DNA from: Dicyema japonicum | Lineage: Eukaryota; Animalia; Dicyemida | Length of the DNA: 64,000 bases | Direction: 5' to 3' | Assembly (NCBI GenBank): GCA_011109175.1 | Contig: RDEW01000002.1 | Span: 2,272,997-2,336,996 of the forward strand | Part shown: piece by piece, positions 24,640-37,057 of the stretch | Layout: each line of letters opens with the position of its first letter | Numbering within the stretch: position 1 is the first letter of the stretch | Translations under genes and position numbers: made by a program | Notes under the pieces: generated by a model | What the model was told of the DNA's origin: nothing | Database searches by the model: none | The model's input: only the letters and a program-made list of their open reading frames with translations

Positions 24640-26750
24640 AACACAGTTGTATTATTTACAAGTATCAACGAATGTGACCCGAAGCCTTGGTTCAACAAGA
24701 TCTTGGTCGTCCCCACTAAACATCGATGTGAGTAAATCTTCTTTACCTCGTGATATTTTGGTAAACCTGGCCCTCTTCGTATCGGTAACCACGTGTGTCT
24801 CAATGCTGGACAAGACTGGGAAAGCTAAGTAGTCACTTTGCCCTCCGTTTTCATTTGATGACCAGGGACCGCCTTGTGTTTCTCCTCCCTACTGGATCAA
24901 CCGTTGGGATCTAACTTCCTTCATTGATAGTTACGTTTGTGTCATCCACCAATTCCTTCACTTGAAGGGACCAGGAGTAAATAAATAAATTATCGACAAG
25001 TCTACCAATACTAGAAACCCCAAACCTAAAGATATTATGGATTATTGACAGATTGTCCCTTAAATCCTCACAGATTTTTACAGATTTACCAAATATCCCC
25101 ATTTTTTGCTTATTTCCTACCATTCACATACATTTGGTACCCTTCTTCATTCAAGGCCTGATCGGCAAAGATTTGTCCTCAAATGGCTCTAATTCTTCTA
25201 AAACCCGCCATCAAGTTTCCGTTAGTAGTAAGTTCCTAGGGTTGAGCAGTAGACAACCTCACTAAGCTTCTCCACTTCATTGGACAAGAGACCGTTTTTT
25301 CAGAGTTGGTCAGTTGTCAATGGCCATCAAGGATAGTAATCTAGGAAAATATCACAATCTTGACCTTGAAATTAAATTATTCCAAATGACCAAGGGTAAA
25401 ACCAGTAGAACCTCATCCAAGCACAGTGATCCAGGAAATATTTTCTGGGAAGCTGAGGTCGAAGCAGAGCGCAAAATAGTCTCCCGACAGGAGAAGAAAT
25501 GAATCCTTTTGAGTGTCGGCTAAGCATTGGAGGTCCTTCAATCAAAAATCCACATAGGAATGTTAGCAACAGGAGTTAGTTTTGTCCCTCAACACGGTCA
25601 GGTAGGACTTCAAATATTTCCACTTCCTTGTACAGATCTACTATTTCTTGGGAAAGGAATTCAAAAAACTCACATTTCGTCAGACTCCGTCACAGTCGAT
25701 TCGTGATTGTCAAATTCATTGATGGTTTTCGCGGGATTTGCAGATTTGTTTATAAAACAAAAATGCACTGAATCAGCTAATATCAGTCAACCAACTCAAC
25801 AAATTTTCTCTCAACAATTCAAACTCTCTTTCTTAAGGTCAAAGGGTCGTTCTAGCAGACATACTCACTACCATAAACTCAGTCAGTCAAATCATCTCAT
25901 CAACCCTTCACTTTGTACCACAATGACAAACATGCAAAAAGCAAAGGTTTACAAAACTTTATAGGTTTTTTTCGGCAGACTGGACCACTAAGCCAGTGAA
26001 TTCCTGTTGTTAGTACAAATAAAACGTGGATTCAACAGCGGAGAGAAAACCGTTAAATAAGTGACTGGACATCACCGTTTCCGCTGAAAATAACTAACCA
26101 AATACCAAACACATCCTAAACCCAAAATATCAGTCTTCGTGTTACTCTCGAGGTAAATCAAGAAGGAACTGACCTGTGTTAATTAACCAGCCACATACAA
26201 AGTACGAGACACATGAGGTCACGCGACTTTAAATCGGAAAGAATATGACAAAACTGAAGTACACTCCTTGCTAAGATACATATGGACTCGTAGTTATCTG
26301 TACATAGAACTTTAGTCCTTGTGGTGCGAATTACTGGAGGATGTGTTTTATTAAATTTTATCCTAAAAGACGTCATGTGATCCATCTGTCTCAAATAGGA
26401 TCAGCATTTAGCTTGCATTCTAAAAGGATCACTCTATCCTGATTCTACTAGAAATGTTCACACAATGGAGGACATGGATGGACTTGATGCTTGGAATGAC
26501 ACGTCCTACTATTGTAAACGGAATATACCTTTTCTATTATTCGATAAGATTTAGGATTTGTCGTGGTCCTTTTTCCATTCACTTCATTCGATAGAACTTT
26601 TAAGAGATCAGTGATCGGTCTCATATTGGTAGATATCTCATATTGATCGAAATGTACGGGAATCAGATAAAATTTTGTATTGGATGACGAAGAGTGTAAA
26701 TTAGCTAAAAAGATCGATATTGGTTTAAAAACTATTTGAATATACAACTA
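24640..26750 (-). mobile_element. Highly degraded Ty3/Gypsy-like pol remnants, interrupted
   Basis: RPITDLLK and HPPVI...VLCTD..SICILARSVLQ...SRDL resemble RT/RNase H motifs; weak similarity. Confidence 0.3.
25375..25560. repeat. Dispersed ~200-bp repeat family, copy 1 (others at 45135-45330 and 55685-55900; partial at 24298-24330)
   Basis: Shared blocks agaacc(c)tcat(c/t)caa(g/a)cacagtgatccag...gctgaggtc...gaatagatgga(t/c)cctt(t)(c/t)ga(g/a)tg. Confidence 0.7.
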
Positions 26751-26759
26751 TATAACTAA

Positions 26760-26930
26760 ATCCCTAGTCTGGGATGTCATTTGAAAGCACACTTTCACTC
26801 TCTCAGAGTGATACCGATCTCTGTTCAGCCGCTGGGAAGGGCGAAGCATAGAAATGCTGAGTGTATACTGACTTGTCAAGTGAAGTAATGTTCTTTCATT
26901 TCGCAGTAGAAACATACGTGGCCAGTGGTG
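26760..26930 (+). mobile_element. CRE-clade RLE fragment
   Basis: SLVWDV..HTF..SAAGKGEA*K..VY..FAVET. Confidence 0.5.
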
Positions 26931-27167
26931 ACAAGGATAGCTTGCCTTCAGTTGCTAATATATGACTAATAATGACACCCACAATGAACGGTCGAAAAAA
27001 CCACGAAAATAAATAGTAAATATTTAAATAAATTAAAAATATTTAAATTTAATGTTTTAAATTTTTAATTAATTAATGTTAATTTAGTTAATTTTATATA
27101 TTAATCATTGACTTTTAGGAGATCGTTAATTGAATTCTTCGCCTTATCCACTACCAGCGTCTCAAAG

Positions 27168-27505
27168 TCAAGGAAAGAATTTTTCAATGATTTTTTCAAA
27201 CATTTTTTCCCGCTTTACCATCAATTTCTTCATAAAATCTTTAATATGTTCAAAAACCGATCCTAAAATCTAAGATAAATACAGCTAAACTCCTCGCTTA
27301 ATAATTTCAGTCTCATCCGAATCACTGTCCACTTGGTTTTTTGTATCTACAAATTAAGCTAGAATTTACCGCTGAATTTTGAATTAAGAGCGGCAAAAAT
27401 AGTGAAATCAAAAATAACGGATTCATTAAATTTTCGATTTACCTCGAATCTTATAATAAATGCCTGCAACAGTTTGAAATTACATAAATCACGTTTTTTG
27501 TTCAT
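27168..27505 (-). CDS. Candidate 97-aa protein gene with two microintrons (23 and 21 nt)
   Basis: MNKKRDLCNF...SKFS|DTKNQVDSDSDETEIIKRG|ILGSVFEHIKDFMKKLMVKREKMFEKIIEKFFP; removing gtaaattctagcttaatttgtag and gtttagctgtatttatcttag gives an exact 294-nt frame; flanked by very AT-rich DNA. Confidence 0.35.
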
Positions 27506-28414
27506 TGATCGCTAGAAAAAGCTTAGGTCAGCGATTTGCTTGCGAATTACTTTCGTTTAAATAGTTAGAATTAAGGAAGCATCAGATACACCAATGTGGG
27601 CTTGAATCCTCTTTGCCCGAACCTGGCGGAGACCAGTTTAATTATTAGAACACCGGGAGTCAAACAATTTGGGTGATCCCTGTTTCATAAGTATTATCGC
27701 TATCTTACATCTTGGTCTCTACTTCACCCACCGCTACCTGGGAGATACCTCCTCTCGTGCTTCCGCTGGAAATCAATTATGGAAAAGATCTTGGACCGAC
27801 TGACTTTCCTTTGTCTTGGATAGAGATAGGCGAGGAGAATTCCTGGCTTCTTGAGAAAAGGAAAGGAATCCATATCTACTAGTAAGGAATAGATCCATAG
27901 GCCATGAGACTTCCCAGCATGCGAGGAATTGACGGGTATAATTGATTGAAGATCAGTAAGTAGTTAATTGGTCAAAAGGTTGAGCGGGTGATGTAACTCT
28001 GGTCCACTACATAGCTCTAGCACACTTAATGACGTCATCTATTCAAGGCAGATATACCCTTGCCCTTTCATCTCTATTAGAAACTAGAGGTTCTGAATAA
28101 AGAAATAGAATGCACAAATATCTGGGTTTGAACCCGATTGGTTAAACTTGGGGGATATTGGATACGAACCGTTATCAATGAAGAGGATGAAGAGAACTTA
28201 ATGGCATGGATTCGTGTTAGAAGTTGATCATCCTGACACCAGTCTAATAAATGGCGGAAAAGATAAATTTTATATCAAAAAATTCACAACGAGAAAGGAG
28301 CGTGAGACACGTGTCAAATTATTCAAAATTAAAAAAAAGCCGCATTTTTATTATTCATAAAATAAATTTTAATTTAATTTATATTTAAAAAATTAACTTT
28401 AATGTGACAGGGAA

Positions 28415-28749
28415 ATGTTTGAAAAAGATAAACAGGAGGTGTCTCAACACATAATTAAAAGCAGTGAACGAATAAGGGAGATTGTAGCCACGTGTCTCGA
28501 CAACAGGGAGGTAATTTATCCTTTATTATTCGCCAGGCTGGATTTTCCGAGATTTTCCCCAAATTAGTCACATTTGATTCGAAATGTTGCATTATGGAGG
28601 ATAACTCGAGTGCTCTGAATTGGAATCTCAAAGCCTTCGATCATAAAATCGACCAAATCGCGGAAATCGGAAGAAATTTGGGAAATATTGAAAATAGCAT
28701 AAATTCCATAAATCAAGATTTGTCCTCATTTTTTAATAATTTGCGATAA
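28415..28749 (+). CDS. BLOC1S1: Probable BLOC-1 subunit 1 (BLOS1/GCN5L1), 3 exons
   Basis: Introns 28439-28461 (23 nt) and 28511-28536 (26 nt). The product aligns ungapped, from memory, with human BLOC1S1 (G...F....D; LGNIENSINSINQDL vs IGDVENWARSIELDM). Exon 2 needs a small indel correction. Confidence 0.55.
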
Positions 28750-29812
28750 ATTCATTTTTTGTAAAACTTTCTTATTTTTAGTCCCTTGAATTTAGTGAGC
28801 CTCTTTATACCATGTTTGTGATAACCAGGTCGCGCACTTGTTGCAGTTGTCGATACGAACGAATGACTGGGATGTCTCCAGTTCTATCAAGAGCCAGAGA
28901 ATCCACTTTGTTCTATTGCATCATTCGGCCCCAAGAAAATAAACCGTTTAACCTTAAACATCCGCCCCCCATAGATACAAGTGGAGACACTTCCGGAAAA
29001 CAGTGGTATCCCTCAATGACCACATGATGAGAATGGCTAGAGCGATAGGGGGAATCGAGATCAGCTAATTAGTTACCCCCCGTTGTTCATCTTCCTCGAG
29101 TCTAAGCAGTTTAAAAGTGACTAGGAGGAAGGGCATACCCACGTGACAAGTTCTATCATCGACATAGGTTGGGCTCAATATCCACACATGATAAATAGAA
29201 TAAGACTAAATCATACTACTAATAATCAATGCCTCTATATCCACTCTGTGTACTATAAGGTGGACCAAAATAGGGTACATACCCATAATGCGGTGTTAGG
29301 GATCTATGAAGCCAACCTTAACCAACTCTTTCGATGAGTCATCTTATCTACCAATAAGTCATCTCTCAGAACTTTGAAGACAAAGATGCTCAGAGTTTAA
29401 TAGGCAAGTAATCTTTAAGCAGGAATCTTCTGGTTTCTAAGAGCTAGAACTTGTCACGTGGTTTTATTATAAATCTATATCAGCTTATTAAGCATTTATC
29501 CCATTCGTCTCGTCTTTTGTTCTCTTCAAGGAAGACTAGTCCAAGCCACGTGGGGTCCAATTATTTCCATATATAGCGTTTTTGTAGATCGTTAGATTCT
29601 TGATATGGAATGCTTCGTTTTAAGGTTCTGGTTTTCCCAGCGTCAAAATTTGTATTATATCTATAAAAGCTGTTGACTCAACTAGAATTTATTCACTAAT
29701 TATATTTATGCAAGGTGTTGGCTTAAATTGAAAATGAAGCTCTACAGGAAAAATGAATCAAATACAAGAGAGTTATTTGTGATATAAATTTTATTTATTT
29801 TTTTTTAAATAA

Positions 29813-30060
29813 ATGGAAGCAGACTGTGGAGGTGGAGAAAAAAGGGAGTATGACTTGCTTGCAAACGATATGGGGCAGATGCTTGGTTGCAAGGTCCTCG
29901 TTATTCCAATAGTAATGACGTGGGAAGGAATTGCAACAAAGTGCCACAAGGGATATCTGAAGCAGTTGGGGGTAGATAGGAAACTCCAGGCATATCTACA
30001 GTCCACTGTATTAAAGCGGACCCTAGAGAGCCTGACACTGGAGTATAGATGGCAGAGCCC
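29813..30060 (+). mobile_element. C-terminal RLE region of an R4/NeSL-like non-LTR retrotransposon
   Basis: EKREYDLLANDM...VIPIVMTWEG...LQAYLQSTVLKRTLES, a K..KY-type RLE tail with the IP.VMTW.G motif. Confidence 0.55.
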
Positions 30061-30719
30061 GGAGATGCTATTTGGGAAGTGTTCTCTCCTTCCATCTGCT
30101 CTACTATAGTGATCTTATATGATCTACTTGTCTCAGAAGTCACTCAACAGAAAAATTGCCTCAAAGAGGAGTTTTTGTTTCCTACTATTTACTAAGTTGT
30201 TTTGAAAGAGTTCCACTGCTAAAAGAAATGGAAGTCCCTGCCTTACCCCCCCCCCCCCATTCTAGGGATGGCGTAAATGTGATAAAGACTCATCCTTTTT
30301 TTGGACCGTGATGATGGGTATACCATTGACTTCTTTCTTGGTGTATCCGGGACACTAATGTCCTCATATTTTCTAGATATAGGGTACTTTACATTCCTCT
30401 TTTTATAGATGTACAAAAATTTTGATACAGAAGACGTCATGAAGTCAATGGAGGTGATTTCTTACTATAAAATTGGCGGTTTTTTCTTAACTTGAAGTAC
30501 GTCAAGTGATTATCGATGAAAGAATCGAACTCACACCTAAATGTGTTGAACAACAGCACTAACCACCACACTACCTGGTATATAATCCTCACTTAAGGTA
30601 AATGAGGTACTAGATTGAAAGAAAAGATGGTTGACTAAGCCTGTTCTCAATGAAAGTCTGTTATAAACGATTTAGATAGCTTGGTTCTTCCACTTTTTTT
30701 AACTTTAACAAGGAAATCA

Positions 30720-31150
30720 AAAAAGGGAGTTGGTTTCCACCGCAAGTCCTGCAATCGCTTGGACTCTTCTCTGCGTTCTCGAACCCCTCTTATCGTTCAT
30801 ACTGTGCGGCAACATAAAAGTCAATGATGGCATCTCTTTTTAGGAAGTTTGCCATCTTTTTTTGCTGCATCTCTGATCGACATTACTAGCAAATTTTCAT
30901 CTTCATCTAGCTTCTCGTCGAGCTTTGCATTGGATTTTTCTTCTGACAGTTATGATCCATGAAGACCGTACCAGTCTTTTATCTCTTCCAAAAACACATT
31001 GAGTCTCCTCTCTGAGATCATACCCGATCTCGACACATCAGACGGTAGCACGTCGTCTGCGCATATCAAGGAAGAAAGGGATAAACATCTCCCAGTTAAG
31101 ATAATCCATCATAATAGACAATCATCAACATCAGACCGCCCGTCATATTA
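30720..31150 (-). mobile_element. LINE RT fragment of the 19.8-21.9 kb family
   Basis: SLICADDVLPSD...ISERRLNVFLEEIKDW vs SMIYADDILILD...LSERRLGAFIYEVQGW. Confidence 0.5.
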
Positions 31151-31559
31151 TAATCATTTGGATTCAGTAAACAATATCATAAAGTCACATAACATATGAT
31201 TCAGGACATTCGAAACATAGCAGTAAGATACAACAAACAAGCAACGTGAAAATTTTGAAATATTTAAATATTTCAAATAATTTTTACATATTAAAAAATT
31301 AATATTAATTTCCAACAAACTAATTAATCTTTCTATACAACTCTAACGCTTTGCAAAGGTTTTCTTGGACACCTCTGAACCCTACACTTTTTGAGGAATT
31401 AGTGAGGAAAACCGGAGCCTTACTACCCTCCAAAAAGTTAGAAATTCTCGCCCAATCCGGAAATGCGTTGGAACCGGGAAGAACACCGAACAAGAATGAG
31501 ATAGCTACTCGATGTGGCCGGAATCACCTGATGGCTATGTAGTTATTTAATTTGTCGGT

Positions 31560-32030
31560 GATTTTTGGTTTTTAATAATAATAATAACTCTGGGACATAG
31601 CCACCTCAAAAGAGGAATTGGAGAGGCTAGACTCGTTTCACAGGAATCATCTAAGAAACATAACTGAAATGTCCTGGCCATCCAAGATCTTGCGGAAAAG
31701 ACTGTATAATAAGTGTGACTGTACACCATTAAGTCACGAGATCATTAGCTCTCGTTGGAGACTTTTTGGATACGTCTTGAGGTTGGACCGATATCTCCCG
31801 AATATCGCAATGGAGGATTACTACTCTCCAATGTAAAACGCTTTCGTGGAAGACCGAAAACAACCCTCTCGGTCGTTTTACAAAACGATTGAAAGCCGTA
31901 AAGAAAACATCTAGTGACGATCTGGACACACTGAGGAACCTAGCAAAGAACAGAAGAGCTTGGAGCAAGCTAACTAATTCTCAAATTTTTTGCTGCACAT
32001 GCTCTCGTGAAAGTGCTAATAATAAACTAA
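31560..32030 (+). mobile_element. RTE LINE 3' fragment
   Basis: RLDSFHRNHLRNI..SWPSKI...RWRLFGYVLRLD, homologous to 47541-47960. Confidence 0.7.
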
Positions 32031-32478
32031 TTTAAAGAAAATTGAACCCTTCAATCTTCAGTAATTGGAACTCTTAATAAGTTTTTGTCATCTTTGGTTA
32101 ACCCTACCCTTTTCGATATCCCAGTGAGAAGAACCGATTAGCAGTTCATTTCACATAAAGACCTGCCTGTAGCGTTAGCCTAAAAAGTCTGTGGTATCAT
32201 TTAAGAGTTAGTCTCAGGTGGCGCCCTTTGTCAGAGTGGCACGTAAAAAGATTACTTGTTCTTCTTCACTCAACTGGAGGGATTCCCACAGCTGAAAAGA
32301 CTGGATTGGACTTGTATGTGTTATTGGAAGATCCCTTACTCCTTCGATGGTTAGAATTAAATACATGGACTGAATACAGTTCCTTACAAGTTGATGAGGA
32401 TACTTACTGAAATAGAGGTACTCCATCAGCTCAAGTTTCCACCGATTATCAGTAGAACAACTGACATGCAGTACTGAA

Positions 32479-32691
32479 CCTCATGTTAAAGGCCATTAGA
32501 GTTTTCCCAAATTCCCAGTTCCAATAATAGTGACACCTTTAAGTCCGTTTTTGACAAAGACATGTCTTCAGGATCATCTCCACCACGCCCTTTTGAGCAT
32601 GTCGACTGGCAAATTTGTCCCCCACCTCATGTTAGAGGCAATTAAAGATTAACAAAATTCCCACTTCCAATACTAGTGAGACCTCTAAGTT
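32479..32691 (-). pseudogene. ~84-bp diverged RPA2 fragment between two ~66-bp imperfect direct repeats
   Basis: 32542-32625 encodes [19 protein letters not shown], matching 33919-34010; repeats at 32479-32544 and 32625-32691. Confidence 0.7.
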
Positions 32692-33179
32692 ACCGCACGC
32701 ACGTCACCCAACGTCATGAAGTTGACCTGAATGTACTTAACAGACCACTTGAACCCCATTTCCTTCATTTCTGAGAGTCTGGGAAAAAATTAATATTGAT
32801 GGCAACAAATTTGAAAAATATTGCTTAATCTGAGTAATTTTAATATAAGGAGTTTTAATGATCAGGTTGTTTCCTCTGACAATAGCTATTCAGATACGCT
32901 GTCGAAGTCTTCCAGTATTGTGAGCCTTTGGATCACGGACCAAACCATCCGCTTGTGAGCAAAGATTCCTTAAGAGTAAATGAGACAAAGAAATGATCGG
33001 TACTTCCTTCTCTTCTCATCGACTTGCTTAGAAGCATAGCCAGGGTCTAAGGCTTAAGTGGCAAAATTTTTAAATGTACTAATCGACACATGTAGCATCC
33101 AAATCCATCCTCCTGCTGTTATTAGGAAAAAAGTCGTCATCCCCCTGAGTAATAAATTGATAAAAAAATTTATTAAAAA

Positions 33180-36100
33180 TCATTTTAGTTCAACTTTAAC
33201 TCCAACACTGGCCAACTCCACAACCAAGTATCTGAGAGCATAGGGCAAGGCAATGCCCTTCACACGGTCAGATTGACACACTCTACACATCCAACAGTCC
33301 TCCTCCCTTACAACTCCCTCGTCAATTACTCCTCCCTTTCAACAATCGTCGATAGAAGGGATCCACACGTGCCACATACATTCATCTACAAACATCAATC
33401 AATCCTCGACCATAGTCTTATCCGAAGACACAAATAGCCTGTCCTGCAAGGAATACGCAGCTCCGTGGGACAACAGAGCGTCCCTTTCCATCTCCCCGAA
33501 ACGGATTCCACCGTGTTTTCGCCGTCCTTTTACCGGCTGTCGTGTAAGTTTGTCCACAATCCCCGTTGAACGGACCTTTCCAATCACACGTGAGCAGTAC
33601 CTGAACTTTGTCGGAGACCATGTGCCTCAGTCTCTGGTAATACACAACTCCTGTGAAAATTTCCGCCTCCATTTCACACCCAGTGACCCCACTGATCAGT
33701 TTCTCCCATCCATAGTGGTTGAATCCGGCTAAAAAAGTTAGCATGAACTGAACTTCCCAAAGTAGTCCACTGTGTTCTCATCGCCAGCATATTTGAAAGT
33801 AGAGGAATCATGGAAGAGACCATTTAAAGCGCCTGATTTTCCCGCCAAAAGCTCAAGCAAGTTCCCCATCGTCATTCGCGAAGGAATTCCGTGAGGGTTG
33901 AACAGAATGTCAGGGACGAGTCCGTTTTCCGAAAAAGGCATGTCTTCAGGGTTCAGAATCACCCCAACCACACCCTTCTGAGCATGCCTACTGGCAAATT
34001 TGTCCCCCACAACGGCCGGTCTCTTAAATTATCAATCATCATACAGGTTCTAGCGTTGTTATGGAAACAATTTGGGAGTGGTTTAACACGGATACTTTAT
34101 CCACCGTCGCGGATTCACTGTTTGTATATTTCTCCACGGAATATTGTCCTGTTTCCGTGTTTTTCACACTAAAATAACTGAAAGTAAAAACCAATAGAAC
34201 GGACAGTCATAAAAGAGTCTACCACCCACATATGGGAGTCCATCGGTGTCAATAAACTCCGCGATTTTGGTATCACCAGGTTTTCGAGCTAAAATACGGA
34301 ATAAACGTCACCAAAAATGAAATTTGTCTGTTTTTTCTTTCCACCGGTCAAATCGACGACTTTAGTAGAATAAATGAAGGCGGAAGCGAATCCCCGGTCT
34401 ATGGACCCCCGATTTATGGTGATGGCATCCTCCATGTCAAATCCCTATAGTAAATAGAAGGTTAGTACAGTATAGGAGACCATGGCGACCACTGCGTTGG
34501 TGCCCATCGGATATTCGTCGACGGAGTAGTCGTCGTAATGCTTTGTTCGTGTTATGGGAGTCTGAGGGGTGAGGAGTCGGTACATTTTGTTATCCGATCG
34601 AGTCTGCATATTCTGACAGCCCAGCCCCATTGTTTGTTTGCACATCTGAAAGTTAAGGGGATCATTACGTGACATTGATAGATATTTCGAGGACTGGGGT
34701 TAAATTCAGAGAATGGAGTCAATGAGGCGTTCAAACTGAGAATGGTTGAGTCGTCCAATTCACAGAATGGTTTGAGTCGACTGGTCTTACAACCTGCAGG
34801 GGAGGTGAACACGTATATTCCTGGGAATTGACTGTTTGATGAATAATTCAGGGATTTCTCCACAAATGCAATCTCCGTGTGATTGGGAATCTACGTCAAG
34901 TCATTCTTTACTGTGTTAGTCGCCTTCAATCTTCTAACAGTGCTCACAAAGGCAGCAGCCTTAGACGAGTCCACGAAACCGAGGACAGTTCCGTCCAGTA
35001 AAACAGTATAAACTTCACCTCCATTCATTGGTCCGTCTACTGGCATGATTCCATACCCACATAAAGTCCGACCAATTTTTAGGTTGTCCACAGAATCGGT
35101 CACAATCTAGAAAATAAAATATTAAAAATAAAAAAGTTTTAATTATTTATTCAAAAAAATATATAAAAATTCAAAAAAATAATAAAATATTTAAAATTAT
35201 AACAACAAATAAATAATAAAATTAAGCTTACACTAGCACGTGAAGTAAGATGGTTCACAGCCCACAAGAAGGTCCGTCGGGAGTCTGCACACAACAGAGG
35301 AAGCCTGAATATAAACATTTAGGATACCCCAAATCTCAGGGTTCATTTTCCTGACAGCAGTGGTTTTCATGTCAATGTAAGAGTTCCCCTTGCACGCAGC
35401 GAAAGTGGGAAATAACCGCATCATATTAACCCTGTCAGCCAAAACGCTCAGTCCAGAAGTCTACAGTCAACACATCCCCTACCTGCTGTATTCCGTGGCG
35501 CTGTAGGCTGAGATATTTCCGGTTGAGGAGACAGTTTATCGTAGAGAGGGGATTGGTTGCCTTGGTGACGGCTGAGTTCAACGCGTCCTCAATATTCGCT
35601 GTAGTCTTCCTTTCAAAAGACTGCCCAATAATCCGGCAGATCCCCTGCAGCCATATTTTGAGCCGTTCCTCGGAATAAAAAGACAAAAAACCTGTAAGAC
35701 GATGGACAGGATGCTCCCTGGCAGGAGGACTTCCTGATTGGCGACTGAATCAGGACTGTCCTCAATGCAGTTTCCCTGTACAAAGAGAGAAGCTTCTTTA
35801 GCATGAATCTACGAGTAAAGGAGACGGGTACATCAGACATTTGATCTTCTCGGAGTCCTGTTTGATGTGGACGCACACACAAGAACTAGTAATCAACCAA
35901 ATGGTACCTCAGCAACCTAGTGGCAACTTCCTCGTTGGAGAGCCAATCACTAAAGTTTCCTTTTGACTTAAAAAGCCCGCCTAAATAGTTTTTGACGTGG
36001 GCCCTCGAGTAAAGCTTTTCCTGGTGGAGCTTTCCAATCATAATAGTAGCACAGTTAGCGAAGAATGAGTTATCCCTGTCCCCTTGCATGATCATACTGA

Positions 36101-37057
36101 ACAGCTGGGCATCCCCCAGATCGTCCAAAGCCTTTACAACCGTCAGAAAGGGCAGCAGGTACAACTTTCTGTTGTAAACAAGCGAGATTGTCACACAACC
36201 ATTCTTCAAGTAATGCAGGGTCATATGCTGCTGTGATTAGCCCCAAAAACCCCTGGCAGTTCGCTGGACCCCACGCACCTCATGGTCACTCCGAACTCTG
36301 TGTAGTTGTCCCCACGTTGCTTCCAGACCCTTCTGCTGAGCGCCAATGGCTAAAACTCAGAAATCACGAAAAACGTAATTTCTCCGCGAACGGTCAACAT
36401 CCGTATACATCTTTCAATTCCATTGACGATGAAGTACCCCCGAAGCTCTGTGATCTTAAAAACCTAAAACCTCGGCATCTTCTCCAGCCTTGATCAGTTC
36501 TCTGGGAGAAAGGTCCCGCAGGTGGCACAGCGATGACTAGAATACAACAAATCAGAGCACGTGGAGCATTACTGGGAACAAAGTCGACAACTGACGGTCG
36601 ATGTAGCACACAACCTTATCATCCACCTTACACATAAGTTCCACGTGCATTTTACCACCATAATTGGTTCTGGTTTGTCGACACTAAATAGGGGACCAAA
36701 GTACCTCAGAAGGGAGTATTTTGTCGTTCATAAAGTCAAATTCTTCTCCTGGCATGAGAATTCTGGCATTCTGAAGTTATTATGTTAAATACAGCAATGG
36801 CTAGTTCCACCCGCTGTCCGTTGATGAGCACTCCATGACTTTGCACGTTCTAGGGGGTTAGGGTGGACCTCTTACTCGGATAGCCTCGAGAAGACCATCG
36901 CCCACGAAACGGTCGTAAGAATCGATGTGGTTCTTGACTAGGTCGCGGAGTTTCTGTCAAATATTGTTGATCTGGTTACCTCGTTTGGAGTTTCGTTTAT
37001 TTGGCCGAATTTTATGAGTTTTGAGCTCACTCGTTTTGTCATCTCAAAGTCATCCAT
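33180..37057 (-). CDS. POLR1B: RNA polymerase I second-largest subunit (RPA2/RPA135), many microintrons plus one 125-nt intron (35107-35231)
   Basis: [71 protein letters not shown]...LQDRL, C-terminal Zn ribbon and [18 protein letters not shown] and MVSDK favour Pol I over Pol II/III. Several 1-nt deletions break the frame. Confidence 0.93.

Noticed and set aside
30246-30258. C13 run as a functional G-quadruplex or i-motif
   Set aside because: Isolated homopolymer with no supporting context.
33180-37057. RPA2 or CTPS as pseudogenes
   Set aside because: Catalytic motifs and splice sites are intact and the lesions are 1-nt homopolymer losses typical of long reads.
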